A stretch of 54,537 nucleotides of DNA from Hyphomicrobiaceae bacterium (GCA_035440865.1 DAORNH010000002.1:1-54537), one strand, 5' to 3'; numbered from the stretch's first letter, positions 37,105-46,942 are shown. Made by a program: numbers and translations. The notes: generated by a model not told the origin, from the letters alone.

Positions 37105-37359
37105 TCAACCCCGGCAGGCTCTCGCCTGCGTTCGCATTACTTCGTAGTCGCTCATCATGGCAACGATCGCTGATCGATCAGGCAGAAGAGCGAGTTCGTC
37201 GGCTGCTTGCATCTGAAGCTCGCGGCTGTACTCCACGACCGGCGGACAGATCGAAACGCGGAGCGGGTCAGAACCGACCGTCGCGCATGCGCTCAGCGAG
37301 GTCGTCACGATCGCGAGGGCGGCGAGCCGCCGCCTCAACCATGCGACGTTGGATTTCAT
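37105..37359 (-). CDS. Outer-membrane lipoprotein, o-spanin candidate
   Basis: Lipobox LSAC after a signal sequence, 84 aa. The 5' 92 nt overlap the preceding gene in another frame, which is Rz/Rz1-like architecture. Confidence 0.55.
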   Translation of the reverse strand: MKSNVAWLRRRLAALAIVTTSLSACATVGSDPLRVSICPPVVEYSRELQMQAADELALLPDRSAIVAMMSDYEVMRTQARACRG

Positions 37360-37525
37360 TGGCCTTCTCCGTGGCTTCTAGGCGTTCAACGAGACGACCT
37401 GCTCTCTCGCCGGAACGCCGGAGGGAGAACAGGAACAACAGGACGGCGAGGGCGAGAGCGCTGTATCGTAGGGCGGTACGCGCCCAGGGACTGCTGGTGA
37501 TCGCGCCGAACAAAGCCGTGATCAT
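37268..37525 (-). CDS. Type II membrane protein with a coiled-coil, i-spanin candidate
   Basis: 85 aa, MITALFGAITSS..ALALAVLLFLF TM, then a charged helical region. ATGA overlap with the endolysin stop. Only the last 85 codons of track ORF 37268-38113 are used. Confidence 0.5.
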   Translation of the reverse strand: MITALFGAITSSPWARTALRYSALALAVLLFLFSLRRSGERAGRLVERLEATEKANEIQRRMVEAAARRPRDRDDLAERMRDGRF

Positions 37526-38196
37526 CGCCGTCCCCGTTTCCAGTCGTCGATGCGGGCATAGATCGCGACGGCAATGCCGATAAGCGCGACTGCGATGAAC
37601 ACCCAGCGCAGCGTGTCCAGGTAAGGCAGGAGCGGCAGAATGGCTGATTGCGTCTCGGTGAGGATACTCTGCGCCACCTCGACACCCGCGGCGCCCAGCG
37701 TGGCCACGCCAGCTGCGCCGCTGCCCTTCATCGTGCGACTGTCGGCCAAGACCTCCCGCACGGGCGCCGTTTCCGCGGCGAACGCCATCGCCTGCACCGG
37801 GAAGCGTGCGCCCCATTGCCGGGCGGGACCGAGATCGATGTGCATGAAGCCCGAGCGCGGATAGTAGCCGAAGCCGAGAAAGCCAACGGCTCGGGCGGCG
37901 ACCTCGAATGCCACCGGATCGTGGTTCGCCATGGCGATGTCGAAGGCCGTGCCGTCCATGTGCTTCGAGCGCGGCGCGCCGCCGACGGCCCGGTTGTGCG
38001 CAGGACTGCGGTAGGCCGAACGGACGATAAGCGGCTTGCCGAGCCGATCGCGGAGCGCCTGGAGCTTGTCGAGCGCTCCTTCGTTGATGCGCAAAGAGCC
38101 GCTGCCGCGACACGCGATCTCCGCGGGCGAGAAATTTTTCCAGCGCCAGGCGCCCTCGGGCACGTCGCGCCAGTGGTTAAAGTAGCTCGTCGTCAT
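37522..38196 (-). CDS. Peptidase M15A (D-Ala-D-Ala carboxypeptidase-like) endolysin with a C-terminal TM segment
   Basis: SAYRSPAHNRAVGGAPRSKHMDGTAFDI...GFMHID metal-ligand pattern. C-terminus WVFIAVALIGIAVAIYA. GGAG Shine-Dalgarno before the ATG at 38196. Confidence 0.8.
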   Translation of the reverse strand: MTTSYFNHWRDVPEGAWRWKNFSPAEIACRGSGSLRINEGALDKLQALRDRLGKPLIVRSAYRSPAHNRAVGGAPRSKHMDGTAFDIAMANHDPVAFEVAARAVGFLGFGYYPRSGFMHIDLGPARQWGARFPVQAMAFAAETAPVREVLADSRTMKGSGAAGVATLGAAGVEVAQSILTETQSAILPLLPYLDTLRWVFIAVALIGIAVAIYARIDDWKRGRR

Positions 38197-38269
38197 GGGA
38201 GGTCTCCAGGCACAAAAAAGCCCGCTCCTCATCGAGGGCGGGCGCGGTCTCAGATGTCTGAGTGATGGC

Positions 38270-38560
38270 TTACGGCGACGGACCGAAGAGCTTCAGCTTG
38301 ATGGCGATGCCGGCCATCAGGGCGAGCAGGATGCCGGTGGTGATCAGCCGCACAGCGGTCTGAACTGCTGTCTGCTTCGCAAGCCGAAAGCTGGACAGCA
38401 ATGAGCGGAGATCGCGGATGTCTTCGGCCGCATCCGCTCCGTCAAGGCCGACCTCATGCAGCGCCCGCCGCGCCCCGGTTTCGGCGGCGCGCTCCAAGAG
38501 CGCCTCGAACTCGTCGCTCGGCAGGCTGACCATCCCGCCGCTTTCCCTATTCTGATCCAT
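38270..38560 (-). CDS. Small protein with a C-terminal TM helix, holin or lysis-regulator candidate
   Basis: Starts at MDQNRESGG. TM ITTGILLALMAGIAI. Position upstream of the endolysin. Confidence 0.4.
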   Translation of the reverse strand: MDQNRESGGMVSLPSDEFEALLERAAETGARRALHEVGLDGADAAEDIRDLRSLLSSFRLAKQTAVQTAVRLITTGILLALMAGIAIKLKLFGPSP

Positions 38561-38660
38561 GCGTCTGGTTTCCGTGGCAGTGGTCAGACCACCAGCGCCC
38601 CAGCGAGCGTGGCGCCGAGGTCGACCAAGGTCGCATCGGGCGTCGATGGCGCGACGATGC

Positions 38661-38864
38661 TCACAGGATATCGCCTGGCTCAAACACCGTTTTCAGGTAG
38701 ACGATCGAGGCGTAGCTCGTGGCGACGTGAAGCTTGAAGGCGGCAAGTTCATCGCGGCGGGCCTTGAGGTCGCGTTCATTCGCCGCGCGATGGCTCTGCA
38801 GAAGCCAAGACAGGCCGCCAAGAGCCGGTACCTGGATGGCCGAGACGCACCAGGTCAGATCCAT
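38661..38864 (-). CDS. Small membrane protein, holin candidate
   Basis: 67 aa from the ATG (MDLTWCVSAIQVPALGGLSWLL). Position in the lysis cassette. Confidence 0.35.
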   Translation of the reverse strand: MDLTWCVSAIQVPALGGLSWLLQSHRAANERDLKARRDELAAFKLHVATSYASIVYLKTVFEPGDIL

Positions 38865-38909
38865 TGAAAGCCCCACGCGTTCGAGGATCGGAGAGATACG
38901 CCGCCGCCG

Positions 38910-39641
38910 TTAGCCGGTAACGACGCAAACGATCGTCCCGCCACCGGCGGTCGCCGGCTTGTCAGCGACCGAGCGGATCAGCTCCGCGTAGATCTGCGCG
39001 GCGCGCCCCGTCGATGCGGTCGCGACCAGCGCCTCGGCATAGGCTTGCGCCGCCCGCGCCGGGCTCGGCGCATCAAGCAGCGCCTCTGCATAGACTTGGA
39101 CGAGATCGCCAGCTGGTGGCGTGCTCAGCACCAGTTCGGCGTCGACGATGTCGAAGTACGAATCCGTCGAGGTCCCAGTAACCCACATGCCCCCTAAGAT
39201 CAGGCGCAGCTTGCGCGTCCCGGCGGGAATCGCCGGTGTGAGGGCCCGCAATCCCCAAGCCTGAGCGCTGTCAGGGAAATTGCCGCTCGATGCCGTCGAG
39301 ATTAGCACATCCGCGACATCGAGAAACGCCACTTCGACGAATCCGATGTCGTTGCCAGCTGCGAAGTTGCTCCAGAGAACGCGGAGCGAAACCGACAGCA
39401 GCCCGGCATCGACGTCAGTCAGGCAATCCGCTGGAACCACCACATCCTGGCGCACTCGGTAGGAGCCGGCGCTGCCATTGTTGGCGACCTGCAAGTACCT
39501 GCTGCCGCCCCGAATATCGGTCGGCGGACTGGTGGTCTTGAAGACTGGGGTTCCATTGACGGTCGTCCAACCATCGCCGGGCGCAACACCGGTTTCGAAG
39601 CTCGGGTTGGTGACCGCAAGCCGCTTCGGGTAGGTCGGCAT
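38910..39641 (-). CDS. Tail fibre/receptor-binding-like protein with a jelly-roll (CBM-like) domain
   Basis: NPSFETGVAPGDGWTT...IPAGTRKLRLILGG resembles the insert in the g13-like protein. C-terminal repeats AQAYAEAL / AQIYAEL. Confidence 0.5.
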   Translation of the reverse strand: MPTYPKRLAVTNPSFETGVAPGDGWTTVNGTPVFKTTSPPTDIRGGSRYLQVANNGSAGSYRVRQDVVVPADCLTDVDAGLLSVSLRVLWSNFAAGNDIGFVEVAFLDVADVLISTASSGNFPDSAQAWGLRALTPAIPAGTRKLRLILGGMWVTGTSTDSYFDIVDAELVLSTPPAGDLVQVYAEALLDAPSPARAAQAYAEALVATASTGRAAQIYAELIRSVADKPATAGGGTIVCVVTG

Positions 39642-39647
39642 GACGGA

Positions 39648-40688
39648 TCAGGCCCCCAGTTCGATGCCGAGCTGCGCTGCGTTGATCGTCGAGCCCGCCC
39701 AGGGTCCACCACCATCCGGGTTACGGTAGACCGGATGCTGCAATGTCGAGAACTGATTGGAGAGCGCGAGCCCAGCATTCAGGTCCTCTGCAGCATTCAC
39801 ACGAATGAAGGGTTTGAGGACCCGCGCGCCAACATCGGTTCGGCGGCCTCGAACATTCACGACAAGAGCATGGGTCGTCTGGGGCTCAGCCACGGGGTCC
39901 GTCATCGTGAAGATCTCGCGAGCACCCGTCGCCGTCGCAGACAGGAAGTCGGCATCATTGGGCGCCGCCTCGTCAATCAGCGCGAAGCGGTCGGTTCCGG
40001 TCGATGGCGTCCAGCCGCCGCTTGGCTGGTCGGCGGTGGGCCGCAGAGTTTCGATCTTGAGGTCGGATGTGAGGATCGCGTTGAGGTATGACCCGGATGC
40101 ATCATGGAGAATGAAGTCGTCCCAATCCCATTCGAGTCCTGCGCCGCCACGCGGTGTGCCGATGATTACCCGATCGATGTTGGGGCCTGAGGTCCCGGAA
40201 CGCGTATCGCCAATGAGATTGAATTGCTCGACGCCATTCAAAATCAGGCGCCAGCGCCCGCCGCTGTCGGCACATTTGAAGTGCAAGGCGATCGTGTTCC
40301 ATTCGCCAAGCACGATCGAGTTCGCGGAGTTCGAGGTAAAGGCGGCCGAGGACCCCATCAATGTTCCGAACAGGGCGCCACCCGTTGTGATGCGCAAGGA
40401 AGCGCCATTGCCGAGGACATCCTCGAACCATAGGAATGGCGTGCTGGTCGTCGGATAAGATCGGGGAAAGATCGCCGCCCAGACGAACATCTCGTCGACG
40501 GCAGGGTTGGTCTTTCTCACCAGCATCCCGGTCGTCGCTGAGAACCGCACGGCTCCACCGCCAAACCGCCCGCCAGTCGGCAGAAAAGAGAGGTCGGCGG
40601 CGACCGAGAAACGGTAGCTGCCCCATTTCCCGACCGTATCGCCGATCGCGCCATAGCTGTCGAAGCCGTCACAGAATTGCAGCGCCAT
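39648..40688 (-). CDS. Hypothetical phage tail-associated protein
   Basis: Start at MALQFCDGFDSY with an AAGGATGG Shine-Dalgarno. Located between the DUF2793-like and fibre-like genes. Confidence 0.45.
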   Translation of the reverse strand: MALQFCDGFDSYGAIGDTVGKWGSYRFSVAADLSFLPTGGRFGGGAVRFSATTGMLVRKTNPAVDEMFVWAAIFPRSYPTTSTPFLWFEDVLGNGASLRITTGGALFGTLMGSSAAFTSNSANSIVLGEWNTIALHFKCADSGGRWRLILNGVEQFNLIGDTRSGTSGPNIDRVIIGTPRGGAGLEWDWDDFILHDASGSYLNAILTSDLKIETLRPTADQPSGGWTPSTGTDRFALIDEAAPNDADFLSATATGAREIFTMTDPVAEPQTTHALVVNVRGRRTDVGARVLKPFIRVNAAEDLNAGLALSNQFSTLQHPVYRNPDGGGPWAGSTINAAQLGIELGA

Positions 40689-40707
40689 AATTATCCATCC
40701 TTGTGCA

Positions 40708-41427
40708 TTAGGTTCTCGCGCCGACAAACGAGAGAGAGATGTCCGCGAGCGTCGCGTCCTGGGGCGCAGGCGCGAGCAGTTCGAGCACGTCCCCAGCTGC
40801 GAAGTTGGTGCCGCCTGCCAAAGTGAAGCTGGCGACTGCCTGACCGGCGGCGAAATCGACGGAGCCGACGTTGGTGCCGTTCTTGCGGAGCGCGAACGAC
40901 GCGAGGCTCGTCGCCCCTGTGGCTGCCCGGCCGGTACTCCCCGTCAGGCTTGTCGGAAAACTCACGCCTCTCGGGAACACGTACTGAAAGACGAGCGCAG
41001 TCGCAGCAGGCAGGCCAGGAATGAACAGCCCAAGGTCGTAAAGGCCGCCTATTGCCGAGGCCGCGAGCGAAACCAGATTGGTGCCCCGCGAGCCGACGAT
41101 CCCGAGTTCGCTTGCCCGGAGGATCACCGTGGCGCCCGCCGTTGTGGTTCGCAGCGTGGCGATCCTTGCCGTCGTGTTGTGCACGGCCAAGATTCGCTTG
41201 CCGTCCGGGACCGTGAGCGTGAAATCCGAGGCCGGCGTGCCGGTGAGGCGGATCAGGAAGTTCTCACGATAATCCGACGCTGAAACCGTCGTGTTGCCGC
41301 CGGTGCAATCGACGTCCACGGTGTCGTTCATCGCCAGATCGAGCCTGTCCAGCGCATCATTGATCGTGACCTCCTTCTGGTTTTGCGAGGCCGCGACATG
41401 GGTGATGGCGAGATTAGGCGTCGGCAT
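40708..41427 (-). CDS. DUF2793-like phage tail protein
   Basis: The N-terminus MPTPNLAITHVAASQNQKEVTINDALDRLD matches the pattern seen downstream of GTA-type host-specificity genes. Confidence 0.5.
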   Translation of the reverse strand: MPTPNLAITHVAASQNQKEVTINDALDRLDLAMNDTVDVDCTGGNTTVSASDYRENFLIRLTGTPASDFTLTVPDGKRILAVHNTTARIATLRTTTAGATVILRASELGIVGSRGTNLVSLAASAIGGLYDLGLFIPGLPAATALVFQYVFPRGVSFPTSLTGSTGRAATGATSLASFALRKNGTNVGSVDFAAGQAVASFTLAGGTNFAAGDVLELLAPAPQDATLADISLSFVGART

Positions 41428-44400
41428 TCAGGCAACCTCCACGGTGACGGCGCGCGCAAATCCTCGGCCCGCGATCGCGCTCAGCTGATAGGCGGCGACC
41501 GACAGCGACGTCGGCACGGTGCCAAAGTCGGTGAGGATGTCGGCATTGGCGTAGACGACACTCGGACTGGCGGTGACCAGCGTGCGTTTCAAGGCGCCGC
41601 CGGGGCCAGCTAGGATGTCGATCTCGTAGGCCTCGCTCGCCTCCCCAAGCGGCACCACGCCGGAGCCGTCTTTCAGCTCGCCGCCGATGCGCGTGCGCCG
41701 AACCCAGCTGAGCGTGATATTGCTCGGACTGCCGGTCTTCACGGCGCGAAGGTTCCAAGGCGCGTAGGGCTTCAGATCGCGGCCGGTATGGGCGTGGGAT
41801 ACGGTCTCGGCGTCTTCGAACAGGGTTCCGAAGCCGAGCGCTCGCCAGAGCCGGCTCAAGCCCAGATCGCCAAGCGACAGGCTCAGCGATTCGACATCGT
41901 CGGGGTCGAGAAGCACGAAGAGCTCGCCGGGTGCGTGGCCGCTGACGAAGACATCGGTGCCCCGCCGTCCTCGCAGCAGGCCACGCAAGGTATAAGAGCC
42001 ATCCGGATTGAGCGTGACGTCCCGGAACTGGATGACCTCGGGCTCGCCATTGGCCTTGAGCACCAGTGCTGCGTTCGCCCCATTGACCAGCGCCTCCTGC
42101 GAGACGCTCTCCAGGCGATCGCTGCCCGTGGTCATGAACACGGCGAGCACGTTCACTTCATCCGTTGCGAAGGGCGAGCTGGGACTGCCCAGCGCATTGG
42201 CCGTCGCGCCCCAGGCCGCTTCGCTCAAGGCCCGGCCGACCTGCGACCAGGCCGAGCCGTCGAGACTTCGGTAGAGCGAGCCGCCGGGCCAGCCGGGGCC
42301 ACCAAAGCCTCCCATCAGGTAGTAGGCGCGCGAGCCGGTCTGCCCGAGATCGTCGGTGTCGCGCAGCAAAGGCAGATCGGGAAGGATCAGCTTGCTCGCC
42401 GCCTGCGCAGCGATCACTTGGGCCGGTTTGCCGGCGCCGCTATCGGCAAGAACCGAGGAGACGTAGGTCGCGGCGGTCTCGGACACGCCCTTGATCCCGA
42501 GCAGGAAGTCGGCGCCGACATCGATGCGGGTCAGACGTGTCCTAAAACCAGAGCCGGTCGCGAACACGACATCGATTACGTCGGTCGGGTCGAGCCGTAG
42601 CCAGTCGGGTGGCAGCTGCGCCTCGTAGGAGGAGCGCTCCTCCCAGGCGCTGAACAGGGTTTTCGCGGCAATGCGCTTGGCGGTGGTGGCATCGATGGCG
42701 AGCGCCAGTTCGAGGCTCGCCTGATTGCGCGAATGCATGGTCGGCGTCGGCAAGGACGCCCGCTTCTCGCTCTGCGAGCCCTGCGCATAGTCGGCGGCGG
42801 TGTCCATGTAGACGATGCTGACCCGCTCGGGCAGCTCCACCTCTTGCGTTCGCCGCTCGCGCCAGGTTTCGGCGGTCCGATCGTCGATCGGCACGAGGAA
42901 CTGGCTGTCGATCGTCGCGACCGGCGCCCGGCCGCGTGTACGGAAACGCAGCACGTCGTCGCTTTCGGCGGCGTCGAAGAAATAGGCCTGCGCCAGCGGT
43001 TCGATCGCGCCGCGAACGGTGGTCTGCCGCCCGATCACGTAGCCGGGCACGATGTCGTCGAGTTCACCGAGATCAAGGTCGGCCAGCCCTAAGCCCGCTC
43101 GCTCGCAGAGGTCGGCAACGATACCGGAGAGTGTTTCGCCTTCACCGCCGCCGCGATTGAGAAACAGCCGGGCCCAGCCATTGGCGCCACGCACCAGATG
43201 CGTGTCGGTGATCGCGTCATAGACCTGCGCACCGGTTTCGCTAACCGCGCCCGGCCAGGTTTCGTCGGTTACGAGGGCGCCCGTCGCGGTATCGATCTGG
43301 ACGAGCCGCGTCGAGCGCATCAGCGTCCAGTGTTGACCCTGAAGGCGGCTCTGACCGAAGAATGGCCCCTCGTAGTTGATCTGGATCGGCGTCGGCGTCT
43401 TCCAGACGATCCCGGCATCGCTTCGCCATTTGACCGTGTAGATCGCGCCGGCCGACCCGCCATTCGAGATCTGCACCTGAAAGATCACGCCATCGTCGGT
43501 CGCGTCATAGGTGAGGCCGCCGGCATCGTCATAGAACGCGGTTGCCCCTGCTTGAATCTGCGAAGGCGCGAAGCTCGCGACCTTCTCGAAAGTCACGCCG
43601 AGACTAAGGCCGCTCAAGGAATCGTAGGCGGCTGCAGCGGCGACACGAATGCGATAGAGCGCAAGCCCGGTGTGGCTCGTACCGGTGCCGCTGCCGAGAA
43701 CCCAGCCCTCGCCGAAACCTTCGCCGACTGCGCCGCCGATCGCGCCACGGACGCGCGACTCATCGACCGTTTGGCCCGCGCCCCAGACATAACCCATGCC
43801 GTCGGCGCGGATCAGACCGACATCATCGAAAAGCGAACCGGTCAGGATGAAGTCCGCCCGGCCCGACGGGCCATAGGCGGAGACCATGCCCATCCATGTG
43901 GTCGCCACGAACCGCAGCGTTGAGTTCGATAGCCCGCTGCTGGTCGAGCCGAAACGACTCACCTCTTTCAGAGCATTGGGCTCGACGCGCAGGATCGGTC
44001 GGGAATTGCTCGATCCCGTCACGAGATACAGGTAGCCATCCTCGCCGCAGAAGAGCGTGCTCGGGAAGTTGTTCGGCGAAACGCTGGTGACGTCGCTCAT
44101 GCGCGCCTGGCGGTCCTCTTTCATCGTCCGCAGGCTGAAGCGCCGGATGCCCGCGTTCGAGGCGCTGACATCGCTGTCGATGAAGTAGCCGTAGCCGCGC
44201 CGCCAATCGACCGCGAGCTCGTCGATCTGATAGGAATCGAGAAGGCCGCCTTCGCCCGTGGTGATGAAATCGAGCAGTTGATAGGGCCTGCTCTCGGCGC
44301 GCCGGAAGGTGATTTCGGCGGTGATGTTCGGGATCCTGTTCCCGAAATCGGCCAAGGCCAGGTCCTCAAAAACGATCGTGCACAGACCACGGTGCGCGGG

Positions 44401-44934
44401 CGCGCGGCCGGCGCCGACATGGGTTTCGATCAAGGGATCGGGCAACTGGGTCTCTTCGCCCGCGTGAAAACGGAACCGTAGATTGGGTTTTGCGACATCC
44501 GCGCTCGATCCGGTCTTGTCGTAGATCAGCTTGCCGTCGGCCCAGATGCGCAAGACATCTTCGGCCGGCCCCTCGCCGAAGCTGAGGGCGAACGAGGCGA
44601 AGTAGGAATAGGTGACCGAGGTCTGGGTGGCACCACCGCTGCCGCCCTTACCCCCGGAACGGGTACGGGTGACGTTCTGCTGTTCGCGGATGCCGGACGA
44701 CCAGATGACATTGCCGGCCATGCGCAAGGTGCCATAGGCGATCGCGATCGGCGCACCGTAAGCCGAGGATGTGACCGTCAGGTCGCCAAGGCGCGGGCCT
44801 TCGGTCCGGACGTCCGGACCGCGACGCGGGAAGATCAGGTTGCCGACGACCGATCCGACCAGCCAGCCTGCGCTCCAGCCCACGCCGACGGCCGAGCCGA
44901 GCACGGCGCCGCCAACCGCGACAAGGATGGCCAT
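41428..44934 (-). CDS. Phage host-specificity / distal tail central fibre protein (lambda J / RcGTA g15-like)
   Basis: 1168 aa. N-terminus ...GPRLGDLTVTSSAYGAPIAIAYGTLRMAGNVIWSS...YFASFALSFGEGP is typical of this family. Follows the g12-g14-like genes. Confidence 0.85.
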   Translation of the reverse strand: MAILVAVGGAVLGSAVGVGWSAGWLVGSVVGNLIFPRRGPDVRTEGPRLGDLTVTSSAYGAPIAIAYGTLRMAGNVIWSSGIREQQNVTRTRSGGKGGSGGATQTSVTYSYFASFALSFGEGPAEDVLRIWADGKLIYDKTGSSADVAKPNLRFRFHAGEETQLPDPLIETHVGAGRAPAHRGLCTIVFEDLALADFGNRIPNITAEITFRRAESRPYQLLDFITTGEGGLLDSYQIDELAVDWRRGYGYFIDSDVSASNAGIRRFSLRTMKEDRQARMSDVTSVSPNNFPSTLFCGEDGYLYLVTGSSNSRPILRVEPNALKEVSRFGSTSSGLSNSTLRFVATTWMGMVSAYGPSGRADFILTGSLFDDVGLIRADGMGYVWGAGQTVDESRVRGAIGGAVGEGFGEGWVLGSGTGTSHTGLALYRIRVAAAAAYDSLSGLSLGVTFEKVASFAPSQIQAGATAFYDDAGGLTYDATDDGVIFQVQISNGGSAGAIYTVKWRSDAGIVWKTPTPIQINYEGPFFGQSRLQGQHWTLMRSTRLVQIDTATGALVTDETWPGAVSETGAQVYDAITDTHLVRGANGWARLFLNRGGGEGETLSGIVADLCERAGLGLADLDLGELDDIVPGYVIGRQTTVRGAIEPLAQAYFFDAAESDDVLRFRTRGRAPVATIDSQFLVPIDDRTAETWRERRTQEVELPERVSIVYMDTAADYAQGSQSEKRASLPTPTMHSRNQASLELALAIDATTAKRIAAKTLFSAWEERSSYEAQLPPDWLRLDPTDVIDVVFATGSGFRTRLTRIDVGADFLLGIKGVSETAATYVSSVLADSGAGKPAQVIAAQAASKLILPDLPLLRDTDDLGQTGSRAYYLMGGFGGPGWPGGSLYRSLDGSAWSQVGRALSEAAWGATANALGSPSSPFATDEVNVLAVFMTTGSDRLESVSQEALVNGANAALVLKANGEPEVIQFRDVTLNPDGSYTLRGLLRGRRGTDVFVSGHAPGELFVLLDPDDVESLSLSLGDLGLSRLWRALGFGTLFEDAETVSHAHTGRDLKPYAPWNLRAVKTGSPSNITLSWVRRTRIGGELKDGSGVVPLGEASEAYEIDILAGPGGALKRTLVTASPSVVYANADILTDFGTVPTSLSVAAYQLSAIAGRGFARAVTVEVA

Positions 44935-44937
44935 GGG

Positions 44938-45372
44938 CTACTCCGAAACTCCGCGAAAGCGGAAGGCGAATTTGACCTTCGCACGCCATTCGCTGGCGTA
45001 AGGCTCTTCGATCACCTGCCGTCTCAGCGCATGCGCATGAAGCAGATGAGGCGTACCGAAGCGCTCGGTCAGAAAGCCGCAATGGCAGGGATAGGCCTGG
45101 TCGGCAAAGACCAGCACGTCGCCGCCGCGCACCTCGGTGACGGCGACACTATCCATCTGGCTGCGGAAATGCTCGACGAAGCCTTGGCCTTGCGCCCGGC
45201 GGCCATAGGCCGTGCTGTCATAATCCGCCAGCCCCAGATCGCGCGCGACGAGGACGACCAGGCCGGCGCAATCGATGCCCGCACGCGTGCGCCCTTGATG
45301 CCGCCAGGGAATGCCGAGATAGGACCGCGCCTGGGCCACCAGCCGATCAGCCGTCACGGTTTCATCGTGCAT
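44938..45372 (-). CDS. NlpC/P60-family cell-wall peptidase (RcGTA g14-like)
   Basis: GIDCAGLVVLVARDLG catalytic Cys motif and a downstream His (HCGF). Confidence 0.85.
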   Translation of the reverse strand: MHDETVTADRLVAQARSYLGIPWRHQGRTRAGIDCAGLVVLVARDLGLADYDSTAYGRRAQGQGFVEHFRSQMDSVAVTEVRGGDVLVFADQAYPCHCGFLTERFGTPHLLHAHALRRQVIEEPYASEWRAKVKFAFRFRGVSE

Positions 45373-46942
45373 CGGGATAGGTCATGAGCGAGTCCTGCCC
45401 GGGCACGTAGGGCTCACCCCGGAAGTTCAGGACATTGGCAAAGCGGTCGATACAGGTGTCGAGGCGCTTGTCGCATCCGGGGTGGATTCGGAAGGCGTCG
45501 CCGACCCGGATCGCGTAGCCCATGGCGAGGAACAGCTCGAGGCGCGCGGTGCTCGCGGTCCAGGCTTTCACTTCCATCGCGCGGCCGGCGTTGTTGCCAG
45601 ACTCCCAGGTCAGCACGCCGCCGGCGAACCAGTCATCGACGGCGCGAGGTTCGTCGAGCACGACGAACATACTGGCGCGGTCGATGACATCGGCGACGAT
45701 ACCGGACCGCGTCCAGGCATCCTCCGCGATAAAGACCGCCGTGCCGTCGGTCGTCTGCGCGCCGACCGTCGTTGTGTATGCCGGCTGCGTGACCGCTGTC
45801 GTGCCCGCCGTGGTGCAACGGTAGATGCGGTTTTCGAATGCGGCGGATGTCGCAACGACCGCGGTCGTGTCCGAGAAGTGTCCTTCGATGCCGTCGAGCG
45901 CCGCGTTGCACACGGTGCCACCCAGGCGCGTGCCGTTGAAAATGACGCGCAGCTGGCGCGTCCCCGCCGGCACGGGGACATCGACGGCCTGGCGAAGCGA
46001 CCAGGACGTTCCAGCCACCTCATTACCGGTATCGAGCGGTGTCGCCAGCACGGCACCTGCGGCATCGAGACATTCGAAGCGCAGACGCCCCTGATCGACG
46101 AGATCGTTCGAGCCATTGGCCCGCCAGCCGCGCAAGGTTACGAGATAGGCGCCGCTGTCGGTCTTCGCGGGATCGATGACGTCGGTCAGATCGACCGTCT
46201 GACGCACCTCGAAACTGGCGATGCTGCCGCCTTCGAGAAAGTGCGTGCGTGTCTTGGGTCCGAGCGGGGAGCTGATCGTCTTGGCTGTCGCCGTGCCGGA
46301 GGCGACCGTCCAGCCCGAGAGACTGCCAGCATCGAAGCCCGGATTGACGAACGGGTTCCCGATCTGCGCGGGCGCGGTTGACGTCCGGACACGAACGACA
46401 TCGCCAGCGGCATAGGCAGTCGCGCGCGCGATCTCCGCCGGCAGGATCGGGACTTTGCAACGATGATCGCCGAGATCGGCGCGGCATTCGGGGCTGTAGA
46501 GCTCGCCGATGCGCTGCTGCAGCGCCTGGGTCATGCCGCGCAACTCCGTGCGGAAGGTGCCCTGCTCGGTGAGCAGGACCTCGCCGAACCAGCCCCTGCG
46601 CATCCGCAAGGGGCCTTGCGCCGGGTCCATCCAGTTGACGAGAAAGATGCGAACCTCGGCGCCGTCGAACAGCCCAGCGCGAAGTTCCTCCTCACGGATC
46701 GCCGTGCTGTCGAAGACACCTTCGACATCGAGATTGTCGACGCTGAGGCTTGCGTCATTGGCGATCGCCGTGCGCGAATAGCCGGTGCTGGCGCGATAGG
46801 TGCTGCCTTCGAAATCGATGTCCCGGTCGTGGTCGGTGAAATAGAACTCGACGCCGTCGAGACGGGTGATGCGCCAGAGGCAGGCGAGCGTCGTCACCGG
46901 CCCTGCCAAGTGGGCCGCAAGCGCCGTGGAGACGGATTTCAT
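45362..46942 (-). CDS. Distal tail protein, DUF2163 / BR0599-like (RcGTA g13-like), with a ~230-aa inserted CBM-like domain
   Basis: N-terminus MKSVSTALAAHLAGPVTTLACLWRITRLDGVEFYFTDHD. C-terminus HPGCDKRLDTCIDRFANVLNFRGEPYVPG. Track ORF 45362-47566 is an over-extension. Confidence 0.8.
   Translation of the reverse strand: MKSVSTALAAHLAGPVTTLACLWRITRLDGVEFYFTDHDRDIDFEGSTYRASTGYSRTAIANDASLSVDNLDVEGVFDSTAIREEELRAGLFDGAEVRIFLVNWMDPAQGPLRMRRGWFGEVLLTEQGTFRTELRGMTQALQQRIGELYSPECRADLGDHRCKVPILPAEIARATAYAAGDVVRVRTSTAPAQIGNPFVNPGFDAGSLSGWTVASGTATAKTISSPLGPKTRTHFLEGGSIASFEVRQTVDLTDVIDPAKTDSGAYLVTLRGWRANGSNDLVDQGRLRFECLDAAGAVLATPLDTGNEVAGTSWSLRQAVDVPVPAGTRQLRVIFNGTRLGGTVCNAALDGIEGHFSDTTAVVATSAAFENRIYRCTTAGTTAVTQPAYTTTVGAQTTDGTAVFIAEDAWTRSGIVADVIDRASMFVVLDEPRAVDDWFAGGVLTWESGNNAGRAMEVKAWTASTARLELFLAMGYAIRVGDAFRIHPGCDKRLDTCIDRFANVLNFRGEPYVPGQDSLMTYPDAR

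Noticed and set aside
37268-38113. 281-aa ORF overlapping the endolysin gene
   Set aside because: Most of it is an alternative frame of the M15 peptidase gene. Only the last 85 codons, from the ATG at 37525, form a plausible separate TM plus coiled-coil gene.
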